Source: Sphagnum compactum
Lineage: Eukaryota
Length of the DNA stretch: 64,000 bases
Direction of reading: 5' to 3'
NCBI GenBank assembly: GCA_965153455.1
Contig: OZ234493.1
Span: 36,198,213-36,262,212 of the forward strand
Shown one piece after another: positions 26,533-40,849 of this stretch (position 1 is its first letter; the number at the start of each line of letters is the position of its first letter). The notes below the pieces were generated by a model. It saw only the letters and a list, made by a program, of their open reading frames with translations, ran no database searches and was not told the DNA's origin. The translations under genes were made by a program, and so were the position numbers.

Positions 26533-29500
26533 CACTAGAAGAAAAACATGTTTTTTCGACTAGTCTTTGTGACTAAATTTTAGTTGCAAGAGACATTTTA
26601 CAACTAAAATCCCTTTAGTCGCCTAAGACAAGTTGCATGTGATAAATTAGTCACAAATGACAAAGGGTATTGTATGAAAAGAAAAGTCAACAAATACATT
26701 TCATCCTTTGACTACATTGTATACGTATTGTCACATACGACTAAGATGCAACTATTTTGGTCACAATTGAGGGCAAATGATGTGCTGCCACGTGTCTTAT
26801 TATTTGATTATTTAAAATGTTATTATTATTATTATTATCATTTTGAAATAATCTAGGACGTTCAATTCAAATACTTGGATGATCTTATATTATGACACAT
26901 GGCCCAATGTAAGTATGCCACGTGGCATTAAAAAATCAAGTTGGTAGGTACCTAGGTAGGTACATAAATAGGGGCCTACAAACCTAGGCTACATACCAAC
27001 CTACCTATTTAGGTAAAAAAATAGGTAGGTAGGTTTTACTGTCCTAGGTAAAATACCTACTCATATAGGTAGATACTTAGGTAGGTAGGTACATAGGTAA
27101 GCCTAAGTGGGTAGGTCAAACTAGGTACCTACTTAACTAGGTAGATAAGTAGGTTGGGAAGGTAAATACTTTAAAAATGTGCATGATTTGTTTTTTTGTT
27201 TTGGGTTGAACCTTTTGATTTACTCATCCCATGTGCACAAATTTCTTAATGTGAAATTAGATGACCACATCCCATTGTTTATATAGTGTTCAAAATAGGA
27301 ATGAAGAACAAACAATATAGGATAAGTTTTGAAGTTGCAACTTCTTCACAAACTAAGTTGTAATTCCAAAACTTTCTTCATGCCTTACTTTCTTAGTTTT
27401 TATATTCCTAAATAATTCAAATATTAGATAAGTAAATAATCATTTAATTAATAATGACTAAATTTACATATATTTAAATTATAAATTATACACTACAAAT
27501 ATTCAATATTCATTATCAATTACTTGAATAAACAATAACTTATTAATCTTTAATAAACTAACTATTTAGTTATTCACAAGTTATTAATACATAACTCATA
27601 AATAATTAAATAACTAAAATATTTTAAAATATTTTATTACTTTTTAGAATCTGATCGAATTATATACAGTATAATTAATGTAATTAATTAAAATTTAATG
27701 ACTATAATTTAAAATTTAACTTATTTTAAATATTATGTTAAAATTATAAGTAATTAATTAACAATTGTTATTAGAATATAAATTCTTACACGAATTTTTT
27801 TAAAATTATTATTCAACTAATTACATTACTTATTATATAACCACATTTATTGTTGTAGAAATATTATAGGTCAAGTAGTATTTATCTCTTGGAAATTATT
27901 AACTATAACTACAATAATTTGTTAAACATAACATTAATATTCATAATTACTATAAAATTACTATAAAATATTTATCATAGATGATTAATCACAGAATTTT
28001 AAATAATAATAATAATATATAATAATTCTTGAAATTAAAATCAGTAAAATAATTATTTTAACTACACTATAATTTTTCCAATTTTTAAATTCAGGTTTGA
28101 AGTTATTAATTACAAAGTGTGAATAATTATGTTGAATTAGAAAATAATTATGCACATACTATTTAATTCTTATCTAAAGTAATTGCAATGATTTTAAAGT
28201 AATGTCACATTAATTAATTTCTTCTAATATAAGAATGTAAATTAGATAATATACAAATCTATGTTATAACAATAATTATTTAGTGTAACTAATTAGATTT
28301 AATAAACATAATCATTTATAATTATTTATGAAAGTGATTTATTATGGATAACACTAATAGAAAAAACCCTTAAAACTCACTCAATTATTTTTTGAATTAA
28401 AATATAAATTTAAGAATCCAGAATAATAATTCAGAATTCAAATATTAATTTTTAGATCAAATAAGTTTTTTGGAGTTAAATAAGAAATTTCAGAATTGAA
28501 ATGTCAATTTTCAAATTCAAGTAATAATATTGAAAATTAAAATGTCCATTTTAATACTCAATTAATAATTTTCTGAATTGAAATATTAATTTCCAGAATC
28601 CAAAATAATAATTTGGAATTCAAATTTCAACTTTCAAGTCATATAATTTCTTAAAATTTTAATTTAAAATTTCAGAACTCAAATATCAAATTTCAAGTTC
28701 AAATAAAAATATTTAAAATCAAAATGTCGATGTTTAGACTCAATAATGTTTTCTGAATTGAAATACTAATTTTTAGATTCGAAAATAATAATTTAAAATT
28801 CAAATATCAATTTTTAAATCAAAGAAGTTTTTTGAATTTAAATAACAATTTTCAGAATTGAAATGTCAATTTTCAGATTCAAATAACAATATTCAACATT
28901 GAAATGTCCATTTTTAGACTCATTTAATAATTTTCAAATTGGAAGTATTAATTTTGAGCATCTTAAATAATAATTTGGAATTGAAATTTCAGGTTCAAAT
29001 CAAATGATTATTTAAATTTTAAATGAAAAATTTTCAGAGTTGAAATATAAATTTTCATATCCATATAAAAATATTCAAAATTAAAAATGTCCATTTTTAT
29101 AATCAATTAATAGTTTTCTGAATTGAAATACTAATTTGTGGATTCGAAAAATATTAATTTAGAATTCAAATATCAATTTTTAGATCAAATAAGCCTTTTT
29201 GAATTTAAATATCATATTCAAATCAAAAATTTAAAATTCAAAGAATGTTTTAAACAATTGAAATAACAATTTTCAGAGTCAAATATCAAGTTTCAATATT
29301 CTAATTTAAAATAAAATAAAATAATAGTTTTCAGAATTAAAATATCAATTTTCAGATTTGAATAAAAAATACAATGTTTAAATATTAAGTTTGAGATTCA
29401 TTATATGAACAATATACATACGTATATATATGTAATTTTAGTACATCCATTAAAATACACCCTTATGTCATTGTAGAATACCTTGAGGATGCAACTAATT

Positions 29501-29736
29501 TGGTGACTATTGCGACTAATGGGAGATATCAACTTATTAATGGATGAAAATAAATGTAAAATCAATCCAACCAATAGGATGAAAATTTTAATAGTTGCAT
29601 CATAGTTGTGAAAATGACCAAAATAGTTGAAATTGGGGCTTATAGTTGCAAATATTCCCAAATTTTGTCGCAAACGACTACAAGTCGAATGTAGTCGTGA
29701 ATGGAATTGTTACATTTTGGCTGATTTCTACTAGTG
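26533..29736. mobile_element. Non-autonomous CACTA (EnSpm) element, 3.2 kb
   Basis: Ends CACTAGAAGAAAAACA and TGATTTCTACTAGTG. 3-bp TSD ATA on both sides (26530-26532, 29737-29739). Clustered subterminal (t)tagtcgc / gcgactaa-like repeats at both ends. No coding capacity. Confidence 0.85.
28380..29400. repeat. AT-rich tandem array, ~181-bp period built from ~20-22-bp submonomers
   Basis: ttctgaattgaaata-like landmark at 28573, 28753, 28935 and 29118. cagaattgaaatgtcaattttca recurs 362 bp apart (~28492, ~28854). Confidence 0.8.
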
Positions 29737-32700
29737 ATATGACTAAGTTATGTCAAAATAAAATCTTTATTGAATTCACTTTATAAGATTACTTTTCTAT
29801 TTTTGTCCTTTATATTTTGAAGGGAAATGTTTATTTTTTCATGGTACCCAAGTTGCTTAGTTTAGAATGCCCAATCACACCCCTCAAATGAGTGTTGATT
29901 GAGAATGAAAATGTGATATTGTTTAGATTATGGATGAAATTTCATCTTCATGAATGAAAACCAAAAAAACCCCTCAAACCCAAGCTTATTGTTTAGGGGT
30001 GAGCCCAAGAATTGAGCATTGCAAACCTCCCAAATTCTAAGGTTTGGAAGGAAGCTTTGCACGCTCAAAGTGATGGCGGAGATACTTGCCACCATCATCA
30101 AACTCCTAGTTGCACACAACATGATGGCTATAGTCTCACTAGTTAGCAATTGACAATGGCACCTAAGCTCGATAGAACACCCAGCAATACTATAGCTCTT
30201 GTTGCTATCACATTTTTTGTTATTCCATATGAAGGCGATGATGACAAGGATAGGGCCCAATTGTCATGCAAGAATCCAAGTTCAAAACACAACAAAACAC
30301 AATCATGATTCTCTTTGTGTGCTTTATAATCTTAAAACACAAAAGGTGAGACTCCAAAGGCATGTTAGGAGAATAAAACCCCCAAACATGAAAAAGTTGA
30401 AACCTTGTTCACACTAAATTAAGTTCTAACAACACATAACAAATTACATAAAATTACTATCTTGCATCAAATACCTAACATGTAAAACTTGTCATTCTTG
30501 TCCCCTAATTGGTGGTTTTACTACTTGCAAATTTTGTCGTAGCATTTTTTGAACTTCCAATGGTTGAGTGTTGAGTCCAGTTCACCTTTACATCACACTC
30601 TGAAACAACAAACCTTCAAAACAATGGCCTATTGCCACAAAAAGGATGATGCCATTCATGCATGTACTTCTTTTGCCATAGATCTCAGAATATTTTTTAA
30701 CAACCCATACATGTTTCAAATTTCATTTCCTTTTGAGTGAAACATATCTTCATAAACACTAGGAACTTCTCCATCCTTACAGTTAAGAACCTGGATGATG
30801 AAATCCTGGTAAACTTCATTAAACAAAGCACCCAATGAAAGGGGAAAGGAAGGTCATTAAGAGGTCACATATATTTAAGATAAAACAAATCAATTGCCTC
30901 TTCTGTTCACTAGAATTACCATGATATCTAAATGGAATACCAAATGCTTGGTTATTTTGCCAAGTGGACATTTCCTGGTTGCCAAGTCCACATTGCTAAA
31001 ATGTTGAAACACGTAGTTGACTTTGATAAGTTTTCTTTTTGTTCTTTTCTTGTCAGCTAATTGAAGGGGGCTTCAATTAGCAACCTACCCTCCTACCTAT
31101 TGTATTGACCAAACTACCTATCAACATAGGTTACCTACCCACCTACCTAGTGTATCTATCTAAAAATGAACAGGGGATGTAAAAATTCCAAGCATACCAA
31201 AACATGGGCAAAAAAGGCCTTTTGGGATTTCCAAAAACATCATGGGTCTCTTGTTGAGTTAAACATCACTAATATGTTAAAACATAAGGATGTGACTTCA
31301 TTTATGGACATGCTTGCTCTTTTCATGTTTCATATTATGAAACAAGATAAGTCATTTAATCCTCTAACTAGCATTCATAGCACGTTTCATGTAATCGGTT
31401 GTCTCATATGATTTAGGCAAGAACAACATATAATAGAAAATGGTGTAGCCATAGAACAAAATTCAACATTCTCATTGATGCTAGTTATCACAAAGTGAAA
31501 TTAACAACATATTAAGCTGTCATATGATCTTTTAAGGTTGAACTCCGACATATTATTACTAAGAATAACATTCTCACAACTAATCAAGAAGTTATAATGC
31601 TTGCTTTCAATCATTATTCATTGAAAACTCACGAGGGATTGAATAACAAGTTTGTTTACTTGTGCATGTGCTCGTTATTCATTCAAGTTAGTCAAAAGAC
31701 ATGTCAAGTGCACGATTGTGACTTCGCCCTTCATGTTGATGCTTTTGGAGATTTTTTACAATATATACCATCTCCATCAAATAATTGAAAAATGGATGTG
31801 AATTTATGTGGTGTTGAGAACTAGCATTTTGAAATTGATTGCGCACATCCAACAATGATTGAATGTAACAAAAAAAATGTGAAGCACCGATCAATTTGGA
31901 AGGAGGATGAAAAAGGTCAATAACCTTTTTTCTTGATTCCAAAGACTAAGGTGAAAGTGAATAACAATGTTTGGTTTGTGAAGTCACTAGTGGGGGAAAA
32001 GCCTTGGTTGCCACCACATGACATGTGACACAAAATATTGAAAAGTTGAAGGGGAAATGGATTACAAGCAAAACAAGTTGTGCAACTAGCCTCACAAGGA
32101 TGGAACAAGCATCGATTCTAGTTGAATATGGAATGCAAAGAACTAGTCATCAGGATACTAAAAGCTACACAAATACAATTAGTTGGAAAAATCCATTGTG
32201 GATGGTTGTGTAGCGAATCATAGCTAGTGAAATTCTGAACGGAAACAAACTAACGTATCAAGAGGCTTATGAAGAAGAATTTGCCAAACATTGAGCTCTT
32301 GTGATATGTTTTGGAAATTCCATTTGCAAGGTTTCATTTTATTATTATTTGTTATTTATCAAGTTTGATTATGTAATTTTAACTAGTTATTGTTGTTCAT
32401 ATGTATGTCTTGGTTATTTATTTCTAGGAAGTTAAATTGAAAGAGGTGGATGGCACTAAAGGAGGTGTGTGTACTATTAAGGTTCCAAATGTTCAACAAT
32501 GTGTAAAGGCTCAAGACAACATGCTTGCTACTAATCCAAATGATGATTTTTGGGGAACCCCAATTGGATTGAAGATGATGAATGATATGATGGAGAAGCA
32601 TGAAACATCCAGCTAACAAAAGGCATTAAAAAAAAACAAAAGGCATATGAAAAAAAGGTGCTAATCAATATATGCAATAATCCTGATCTGAGCTCTAATA

Positions 32701-33444
32701 ATCAAACTGGGCACCAATTTCATAGTTGTTAGAATGTCAATGTGATGGCGATGGATCCAATTATGTTGGTTGGTCTTTTTAGAGATGGTAAGGTTTTTGA
32801 TATTTCCTCCATGATGCCAAAGCTACCAACACCAACATTTCTGATCCAAAGTGAAATTTTCACAAAACTTACAAGCCAATGAAGGTATGTAAAAATTTGA
32901 ATTGAAGCTAGTGAGACATTTTACAAGGCATGATTCATTTTGATTTGGAAACATTGGAAATAAAAATCAGCCAATCTGACTCTAAAATATGAGTTCATTG
33001 AGCATGGGTGAAAATTATTTTGAATGCAAAACATTTTCTTTTCTTTTTTCAATCAAATAAATTTTCATTTTTTTCTATGGAACCTTTATTGCATATTTTA
33101 TCATAATGTTAATTAATGGTCTGAATTTGTAATAATTTAATTGGATTTTGAAAAAAAATTATATAATTTATGTTTGGACTCTGATTATGATTTTTAATTA
33201 ATTGAATATGTATAGTTTAAAATGAGGTTTAAATTAATTTATAAAATAAATAGTTGTAAGGGAAAAAATGGAAATCTTCCCAAAAAACCCTCACGAGGGG
33301 GAAATTCCATGGAATTTTCCCTTGCCCTAAGGCAATCCACCATAATGGTCAAATTCCCATATTTGACGTGCCATACAGATACACTATTCATTTCCTTTGA
33401 GTGCTTTATGGGTTGATAACTTACTTGTGAAATTCCAATCATCT

Positions 33445-33925
33445 CTATTAAATATTGAAAACTCAATACCGAGTTCATAAGAGTCTTGTTCATTCTTTGG
33501 ATGCTACCCACTCAACAAGTAGGCTCTTTGCCATTTAAAAAATTAAAAAAAATCCCCTAAGTAAGAGTTATTAATAACCATATTCATAACTAGGTGTTTT
33601 TCAATAATTGACCAACGCTGATTCAAATCACTTCTTTTTTATGTTTTCTTTCTTTTGTTGTGTCCCCTAAACACATTCAGGGTTTTTTGGAGTGGCAATT
33701 CACCTAGATGAAATCCCAATCATCTAGGGAAGTTTTTATGGAAATTATTAAACATTGAAAATTCAATGTTTTAAATCATGAGGGTCTTGTTAGTTCATTG
33801 GGTGTTACCCATCAAGTGGATAAGTTCTTTACTTGGTTTTAAAAAAAATCATTAATCATTAATAAGTAAATTATTAATAGCCATATTGATAACCATGTGT
33901 ATTTTTAGTAACTTGTCAACACTGG
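33445..33925. repeat. Degenerate direct duplication (~175-bp segments, ~300 bp apart)
   Basis: tattaaa.attgaaaa.tcaat...gtcttgtt...taccca...ttattaata.ccatatt.ataac at ~33446 and ~33746. Confidence 0.6.
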
Positions 33926-34560
33926 TGTTTTACTATAAACAAATATCAAAGATTTGGATTTGTACCCAAATCTCAGTGTTAAAATCAAGGATTCTAGGTT
34001 TGGGTAGAAGAACTTGACTTGGCTGGATCTAAATATTAAGAACTTGATGTAGACTTTTTTTGGCGAACCATTGATCGTGAGGTAAAACTCGAAATTTTTT
34101 ATTTGCTTATTTTTATTGGAGGAAATTGTTGGGGACCTCCTTAGGTTTTGGTGTTTTAGATAGGGAATATTAAGGCGTAGGGTTTCTCTATCACTTTGAT
34201 CAAAAAATCATTTTCATGAGTGATCATAGGATGGTAAAATTTAGACCATATATCATAGCTTCCATATCATTTTTTTGGTAACAAACATATTTTCATTATG
34301 CACATATGTGATATGTACTTCAATGTTTTTTTTTCGGTTATTTGTGTAAAATTTTGTGACAATCTATGATGCATAGGAAAATTGAATGATAAAATCAATC
34401 AATTTGAATCAAATGATAACTTTTAAAATCATAATCCTAAAGCTTAACCATATCCAAAATCACATTCACTTCAACAACCCTGAATCCTATACCTGATATA
34501 ACCAACATAAGTTGAAAAGAAAAAAAAAAACCATACTCACATGTTCTAAAATATTTTTTA

Positions 34561-34760
34561 AAAATTCAAAACTCTACCCAAAAGGATATCCAAAATTATA
34601 AAATTCAAAACTCTACCCAAAAGGGTAACCAAATTTATAAATTTCAAAACCTTACCCAAAAGGGTAACCAAAATTATAGAATTCAAAACCTCACCCAAAA
34701 AGGTAACCAAATTTATAGAATTCAGAACCTCACCCAAAAAGGTAACCAAAATTATAAAAT
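34561..34760. repeat. 39-bp minisatellite, about 5 copies
   Basis: Unit aaaattcaaaactctacccaaaagggtaaccaaaattat at 39-bp spacing. Confidence 0.9.
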
Positions 34761-36442
34761 ATGTAACACCTAGGACCCGTTGTAACCTAAAAGAAAATGG
34801 AAGATTAAAAGAACGAACCTGGTTACATACAATAGATCTAAACAAAATTAGAATTTTTGGCACCTTACAACAAATAACATTTTTTGAATAGTTTTTTTTT
34901 TTGTTGTACCAGTGCTCAAAGAAGGCTTCTGCTGACATTCATTGGTTTTAACAGAACCAACTCTTGTAGCTCTTAATTGGCAGACTTGTTACAGATGTCT
35001 GAATCTCCAACATATATCTCTTTAATGGTCATGAATTATTAGCTACCCAACTCCAATGCATATTACCAAGAATCAAGAATCTATCGAGGTATGGCCTTTG
35101 AGGTCAGAACTCTCAAGGTTCACTCGGTCCATATGACCCGCTAACCACTTTTCCACTGAATGCAACAATGCAGTGTACCTCCACTTTTCTTATCTGAAAA
35201 CCTAAAGACTTGGAGACCCTTGAATCTAAATGCTTATGAAGAACTTGACTTTGAGCAATAGGTACCAGGCTTGTCTAGAGCCACTCAATAGGACATATTC
35301 TTATGCAAGAATGCACGACAAATTTCTCTCTTCAAGTTTCTTTTTCACTCTTGATCTTGTTTGTTTCATTCTGCCCACCCTTTGAGGTTTCTGGCACTCG
35401 CTCTGTCAGCTGTCTACAACATAGATCTAAGGTACTGCAACACAAACTCCCCATTTCCAGATGATCCTTGACTTTTATATGCCCCTTAGTTCTACGACTC
35501 GAACCCCTTGGTTCTTCATCATACTTTAGCATCAACCCCTCATATCTATCTTTACATTGATCTAAACAACTACTTTGTTAAGTCATTGGTGCAGTGGAGT
35601 TCATCAACAACTAGCTTAGTAGTCTAAAAACTGCAACAACAAGAAAATTGCATACGAGAAAGAACCTGCCGCCTTTCTCCTTCATACTACTTCTTATTCT
35701 TACCTCTTACCGTCCATTCCGCAAACCTTCTTCAATGCAATCGCTCCCTCCACCATCCATTGTTTGGCGCAGCTCCTGTTCTCCATAACACACAAACAAA
35801 CAGAGTTGCCCACCCATGCATTCCTTGCAACAGTAATGGACATATTCTCGCCGCAAGCATGCAAAAAGGTGACGGCAAATGAAAACAATAAAACAAAAAC
35901 AAAACCCTAAAAGAAATTTGTTGTGTTCACACTATTAGGGTGACCTGCTGTTCGGTCACACCGTATGTATGTTCTGGTCAAAATCAATGCCCGCACAACA
36001 CCGGTAAACACCTAACTACTTTTGTGATGATCAAAGCATAATTTAAGACATAATAGTGAGTTGGGAACAAAATGGACCCAAGCAGCAGCAGCTGTGTGAG
36101 GCCATGTGTGAAAGTGGAGAGATAGCTATGTGCCACCTCGTGTTTTTACGACTACACATCTCTTGTGCGTGGCATAAAGTATGAGCACTTTACGCAATGT
36201 TGGCGTGACCCGCATCTCAACATCGGATGTGTGATGTGATTCCATCCATCCAAGCTCTCTCTACGACCTGATCGATCGATCCCCAGTGGGCTTGCTGCTG
36301 TGATCCGGTTGATATTTTCATCCATCCATCCATCCACAATCTCTTCGACCTGATCGAGTGTGGGCTTGCTTGCCTGCTGTGAGATGAAGACGTGGGCTGG
36401 AAGAGGACAGAACGAACACCCGAGAGCTTGAGTGCATAGGCG

Positions 36443-39406
36443 ATGGCAACATCGAAATCGGTATTGGTGATCAACTCCGGCAGCTCATCTCTCAAGTACT
36501 CTCCTTTCCCTCTTTATTGTGCATATCATTTTTTAAATTTTTTTTTTTTACGTTTTTCTGTTTGTTTGGGGATCTCTTTTGCAACTTTCTCCCGAGCTTT
36601 CTTTGATTTGCTCTCCTTTTCTGCTGTTTCTCTGTCTCCGTTTCTCAATTTCCAGGGGGCTGTTTCTATCATAATAGCAATTAAAAGTTCAGAGTCATGT
36701 ACATGTCTTTGGATTTTTTCTTCTTTCTTTTGGAATTCTTTTCTCTTGCTCCGCTCGACTGCTTGAACTGATGATTGCTTTCGACTCCTGCTCTCATTCC
36801 ACTCTTTAGCGGGCACATCATTTGTTTTTTGGTCTCTTTTTCGACTTTCTCCCGAGCTTCTTTGATTTGCTCGAGGATCGGATTTCGGAAGCTTGTCTCA
36901 GTTCAATTCCGTTCAGAGAATCGTTCAGAGTCGTTTGTTCCAACTTTCTATTCTTTTCTTACTTGGAACCCTCTCTCTCTATGTCAGGGTTTTTGGGACG
37001 CAATTTTGGAATGCGTGTCTCATGCATATCTTGCCCTCTACAATTTCTTTTCACACCTGCAGTCTGTCTGTCAGTGTGAAAATAGTTCCCTATCATCTGT
37101 TTGCATTGTTGTTTGCAAATTTTGAATCTTATCTTTTCAAGTGTTGGTGAATCTTTGTAGGGTTGTGTGTGCTCAAGCAGTCCTATGAAAATGTATGTCC
37201 TGTGACACTTGGATTGAATTCAGTTTTCTTCAGTTCTGTCAAGAATCATATGCTATAGGCTGGGGGTTTAGTGCCATAATCCCAGCTAGAGCTAAATGCA
37301 ATTTCTAAGTGTCAATCAGCTCCTGTGCATGTGAAGATGTTGAAGGCTAGATGCTTGTTTATGATAATATCCGAAGCAAAATAAGAATGGGAGCAATTAA
37401 TGTCAAACTTTGGTTTTCAAACTTTTGATTTTCAGGTATGCATTGTTTGACCTTGGCAAGACAGCAACATGCATTTATCAAGGCTTGGTTGATGGAATTG
37501 GTACCTCCAAAAGCTTCATTTCACACAGGAATGTCCCAGCTTCCCATCACATCAAATTGCAGGTGGGTATTGCATCACCAGCCTTTGATTTTGCAATCAA
37601 ATCAGGAATGAAGTTTACATATGTGGTCTCTCTATTGCCATTTGCTCACAAAAACTTCCCATTGCAGCTGCTTGTCTTCTGGGACCTTGTATGGTGAGGT
37701 GAAACCTCAAAGGCTCAATTTTCAGCTCATCATGAGGAACATAATGTATGGAATCATTTGTGTAAACATTTTTTTTAATGTTCCAATCTGTTCTACTGTT
37801 GTTTGGAAGAGAAAAACTGGTGGAGCGTTTTTATTCTCGACCCATCCAAACAAATCATGAACATTTTTTACAGGCAGCGGACTGTACAGACCATAAACAA
37901 GGGCTGAAGAAGGTGCTGGAGCTACTTAATTTTGGCAAAGGCTACAGTGGAATTGTGGCTGTCGGGCACCGAGTTGTGCATGGAGGGGAGACTCTTACAC
38001 AGCCCACTATTATCACAGATAGTGTGAAACGGGCTATTGAGAAAGCCATCCCACTTGCACCCCTTCATAACCCTCCAAACCTTCAGGTATGAAAGCCTGT
38101 GATTGATAAAAGAGCTTGCTTCATTCATTTTCTAACTTAATAAGAGTTGCAGAGGAGATATGTGGCAGTAGCAATCAAGCCTTCAGTTTCTCTGCAGGCC
38201 CAACACAGGTTTAACAATCATATACTCTTCCTGTTAGACTTTGAACCGATAGTACAGTTGTATCCTTGTGTGGAGTGTAGATTTGAGATGAGAATGTAGG
38301 GTCTAGTAGCCAACAAGCACAGTTGAAAGCGTGAATGGTGGAATGTCCAAAACAACTAGAGATGAAACCTTTATTGTGTTGTATACCAAGACTGATAGAG
38401 AGGTGGCATATGTATTAAAAGACATCAGCACACATTCGAGGGTCCATTGAGGAAGGTGGGCTCTTGTTGTCTTCTCAAGTATTCAATCAGGATGACTTTC
38501 ACAAAAAACAGTGAAACTCAGAAACACACATTTGTGTCTATGCTAAGAAAAGTCATGTGCATCCAGGGAATAAGGGATGCTGAGGAGATTTTTGATTGTC
38601 CACAAGTGGCTGTATTTGACACAGCATTCCATGGAACAATGCCCCCCAAAGCATACCTGTATGCAATCCCATTCCAATTCTACAAAGAGCTGGGTCTTCG
38701 GCGCTATGGATTCCATGGAACAAGTTATGAATACCTTCTGGCACAGACAGAAAATGTTCTCAATAAGCCCAAGGATGACTTAAACTTGATCATTTTCCAT
38801 CTTGGAGCAGGGGCAAGCATGGCAGCAATTAAGCAGGGGAAATGCATAGACACCACTATGGGGTTAACTCCACTACAAGGCTTGGTAATGGCCACCCGGT
38901 CTGGTGATATTGATCCAGCTATTTGGCAAATGCTAGCAACAGAGAAGGGGCTAAGTAATGAAGAAATAAGCACTATGTTAAATAAGGAGAGTGGCATGTT
39001 TGGGCTTTGCGGAGAAAAAGACATGCGAGCTGTGTGGGATGCAATTGAAGAAGGAAGCAAGCAACATAGATTAGCCCTTGATGTTTTCATACACCGCATA
39101 AGGACATATTTGGGTGCATATTTGGTGCACTTGCAAGGGCAGGTTGATGCCTTAGTTTTTAGTGCAGGAATAGGAGAGGCATCAGCCCGAACAAGGACAT
39201 GCATTTGTGAAGGGCTTGAAGGGTTTGGAATTGAAATTGATGCAGGAAAAAATACAGAAGGCAAGAGCAAGAAGCCGATGCAGATTCACAAGGAAAGTTC
39301 TAAAATCAAAATTCTGGTCATTCAAACAGATGAGGAACTGCATATTGCACAGCAGACATTACAGGTTATAAATAGTCATCGTCAAACAACTTCCAGGGGA
39401 GCATAG
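36443..39406 (+). CDS. ackA: Acetate kinase, 410 aa; exons 36443-36495, 37436-37562, 37874-38086, 38567-39406
   Basis: GT-AG introns with consistent phases (53+127+213+840=1233 nt). Motifs [88 protein letters not shown] and TDEEL are the full acetate kinase signature set. Confidence 0.95.
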
Positions 39407-40849
39407 GTATTCAAAGCTGGAATGCACCTGAGCAATAAGTAGTGATGGCAGTGTGCATTTCATCTCATCTTTTGTGGGCAGCCAGTTTCAAATCAATATC
39501 TCGTTGGGAAGCAAACTACAGTTTGGTAACTCATCTTGACAAATTTCTTTCCTGGCACTAAATTATGTGAATGATAAATCTATCTTGGTACATATGTTGT
39601 TTACAATGTAATTTTAGGGGAAAGATATCAATAATCTGTGTACTAGGTGCCATGTACTAGCTTTGATTCCTGTACCAATTTGCTAGTCTAGCCTGCACAT
39701 TATGATGTGAAAGTATGGAGTTTGCAATTTGAACATGGAACTTGAGATGGATTTGCTTGTATAAGGTCAGTACTGTGAGTAAGATAGCTTTTGTGGTCTT
39801 CAAGTCAGATCAGTTGGAGTTTCTGAAGACAACTCAGGAAATGTGGACTTGGAAACTGAAAGAGGAGGCAGCCTAGGAGACTTCTCTCACAACTGAGCTA
39901 AAATGCAAGGTTGGACAAGAATGACTGTTAGATGAAAGTTGATGAGTGCATACAGATGGATGGATGAAGCAATGATGGAATAATATTGGCCTTATAACTC
40001 CTTTCATTCTGCTCCCATTAAACTGTAATCACTTTCATTGTAGTTGAAGCGAGTATTCCTTATATGCATTGGCCTGAAGACTGAAAGTGGATGCACGAAT
40101 TTGAACAAAAAGACCTCACCTTTTGGATTTCCAACTGTATTTTTCTTTCAAGTTTTGTAGTGGTATAATAGGTACATCATCAATGTCTGGGCTTAAGTGA
40201 AGTAGTACATTGGATTTGTCACTTAAATAATCTTATAATTGGGCTCAATATAGTCAAAAAAAGACAAGAAAACTAAAGTAAATGCTCAAAATCCAAAGCC
40301 TTAATGTTCAATGCTACAATTATGATGGACAAACTCGACAAGCAAAAGCTCAAAATTTCCAAGTAAAAATCAAAAGAACATATTCTCCAATTATGAATTA
40401 TGAAATTGATGGAAGTTGCAATTTGCATTTTTGTGAGAAGGTGGATCATCATTGTCATCATTGCCATTAGTAATGTGATCATGTAGTGCAAATAAATTTT
40501 TTGGTCAAAGCTCCACGTCACCTTCCAAACCAAAAAAGATGTTAGACTCTAGTAGATCATGAAAAACACACAACAAGAGGGTTTGAAAATGCACAATTTT
40601 TTGGGTAAAAAAATCAATGTGTTAACAATTGGAACTAAATTCTTAAAACATGTTGCATGTTACTTGAGTCACAATGTAACATGTATACCTATCTACCAAT
40701 TGAAAACATTCAACACATGTGCCCCGATTAATATGCAGCATGGTATAATAGGATTTATGTGTCATAATATGTTACATTAGTTTTTTTGTTGGTTGCAAAT
40801 TTACTACATAAAAAATTGTGTACACTATATGTGATATAACAACTAGGAT

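Noticed and set aside
30500-32750. Possible decayed transposase in fragmentary ORFs
   Set aside because: Looks like degenerate coding DNA, but I could not identify a diagnostic motif with confidence.
34558-34938. 126-aa ORF and CRISPR-like appearance of the 39-bp repeats
   Set aside because: Head-to-tail minisatellite without unique spacers; the ORF is a by-product of a unit length divisible by 3.
38725-39270. 181-aa antisense ORF inside acetate kinase exon 4
   Set aside because: Antisense shadow ORF with no motif support.
36443-39406. Bacterial contamination as the source of the acetate kinase
   Set aside because: The gene has three phase-consistent spliceosomal introns and plant-like flanks.
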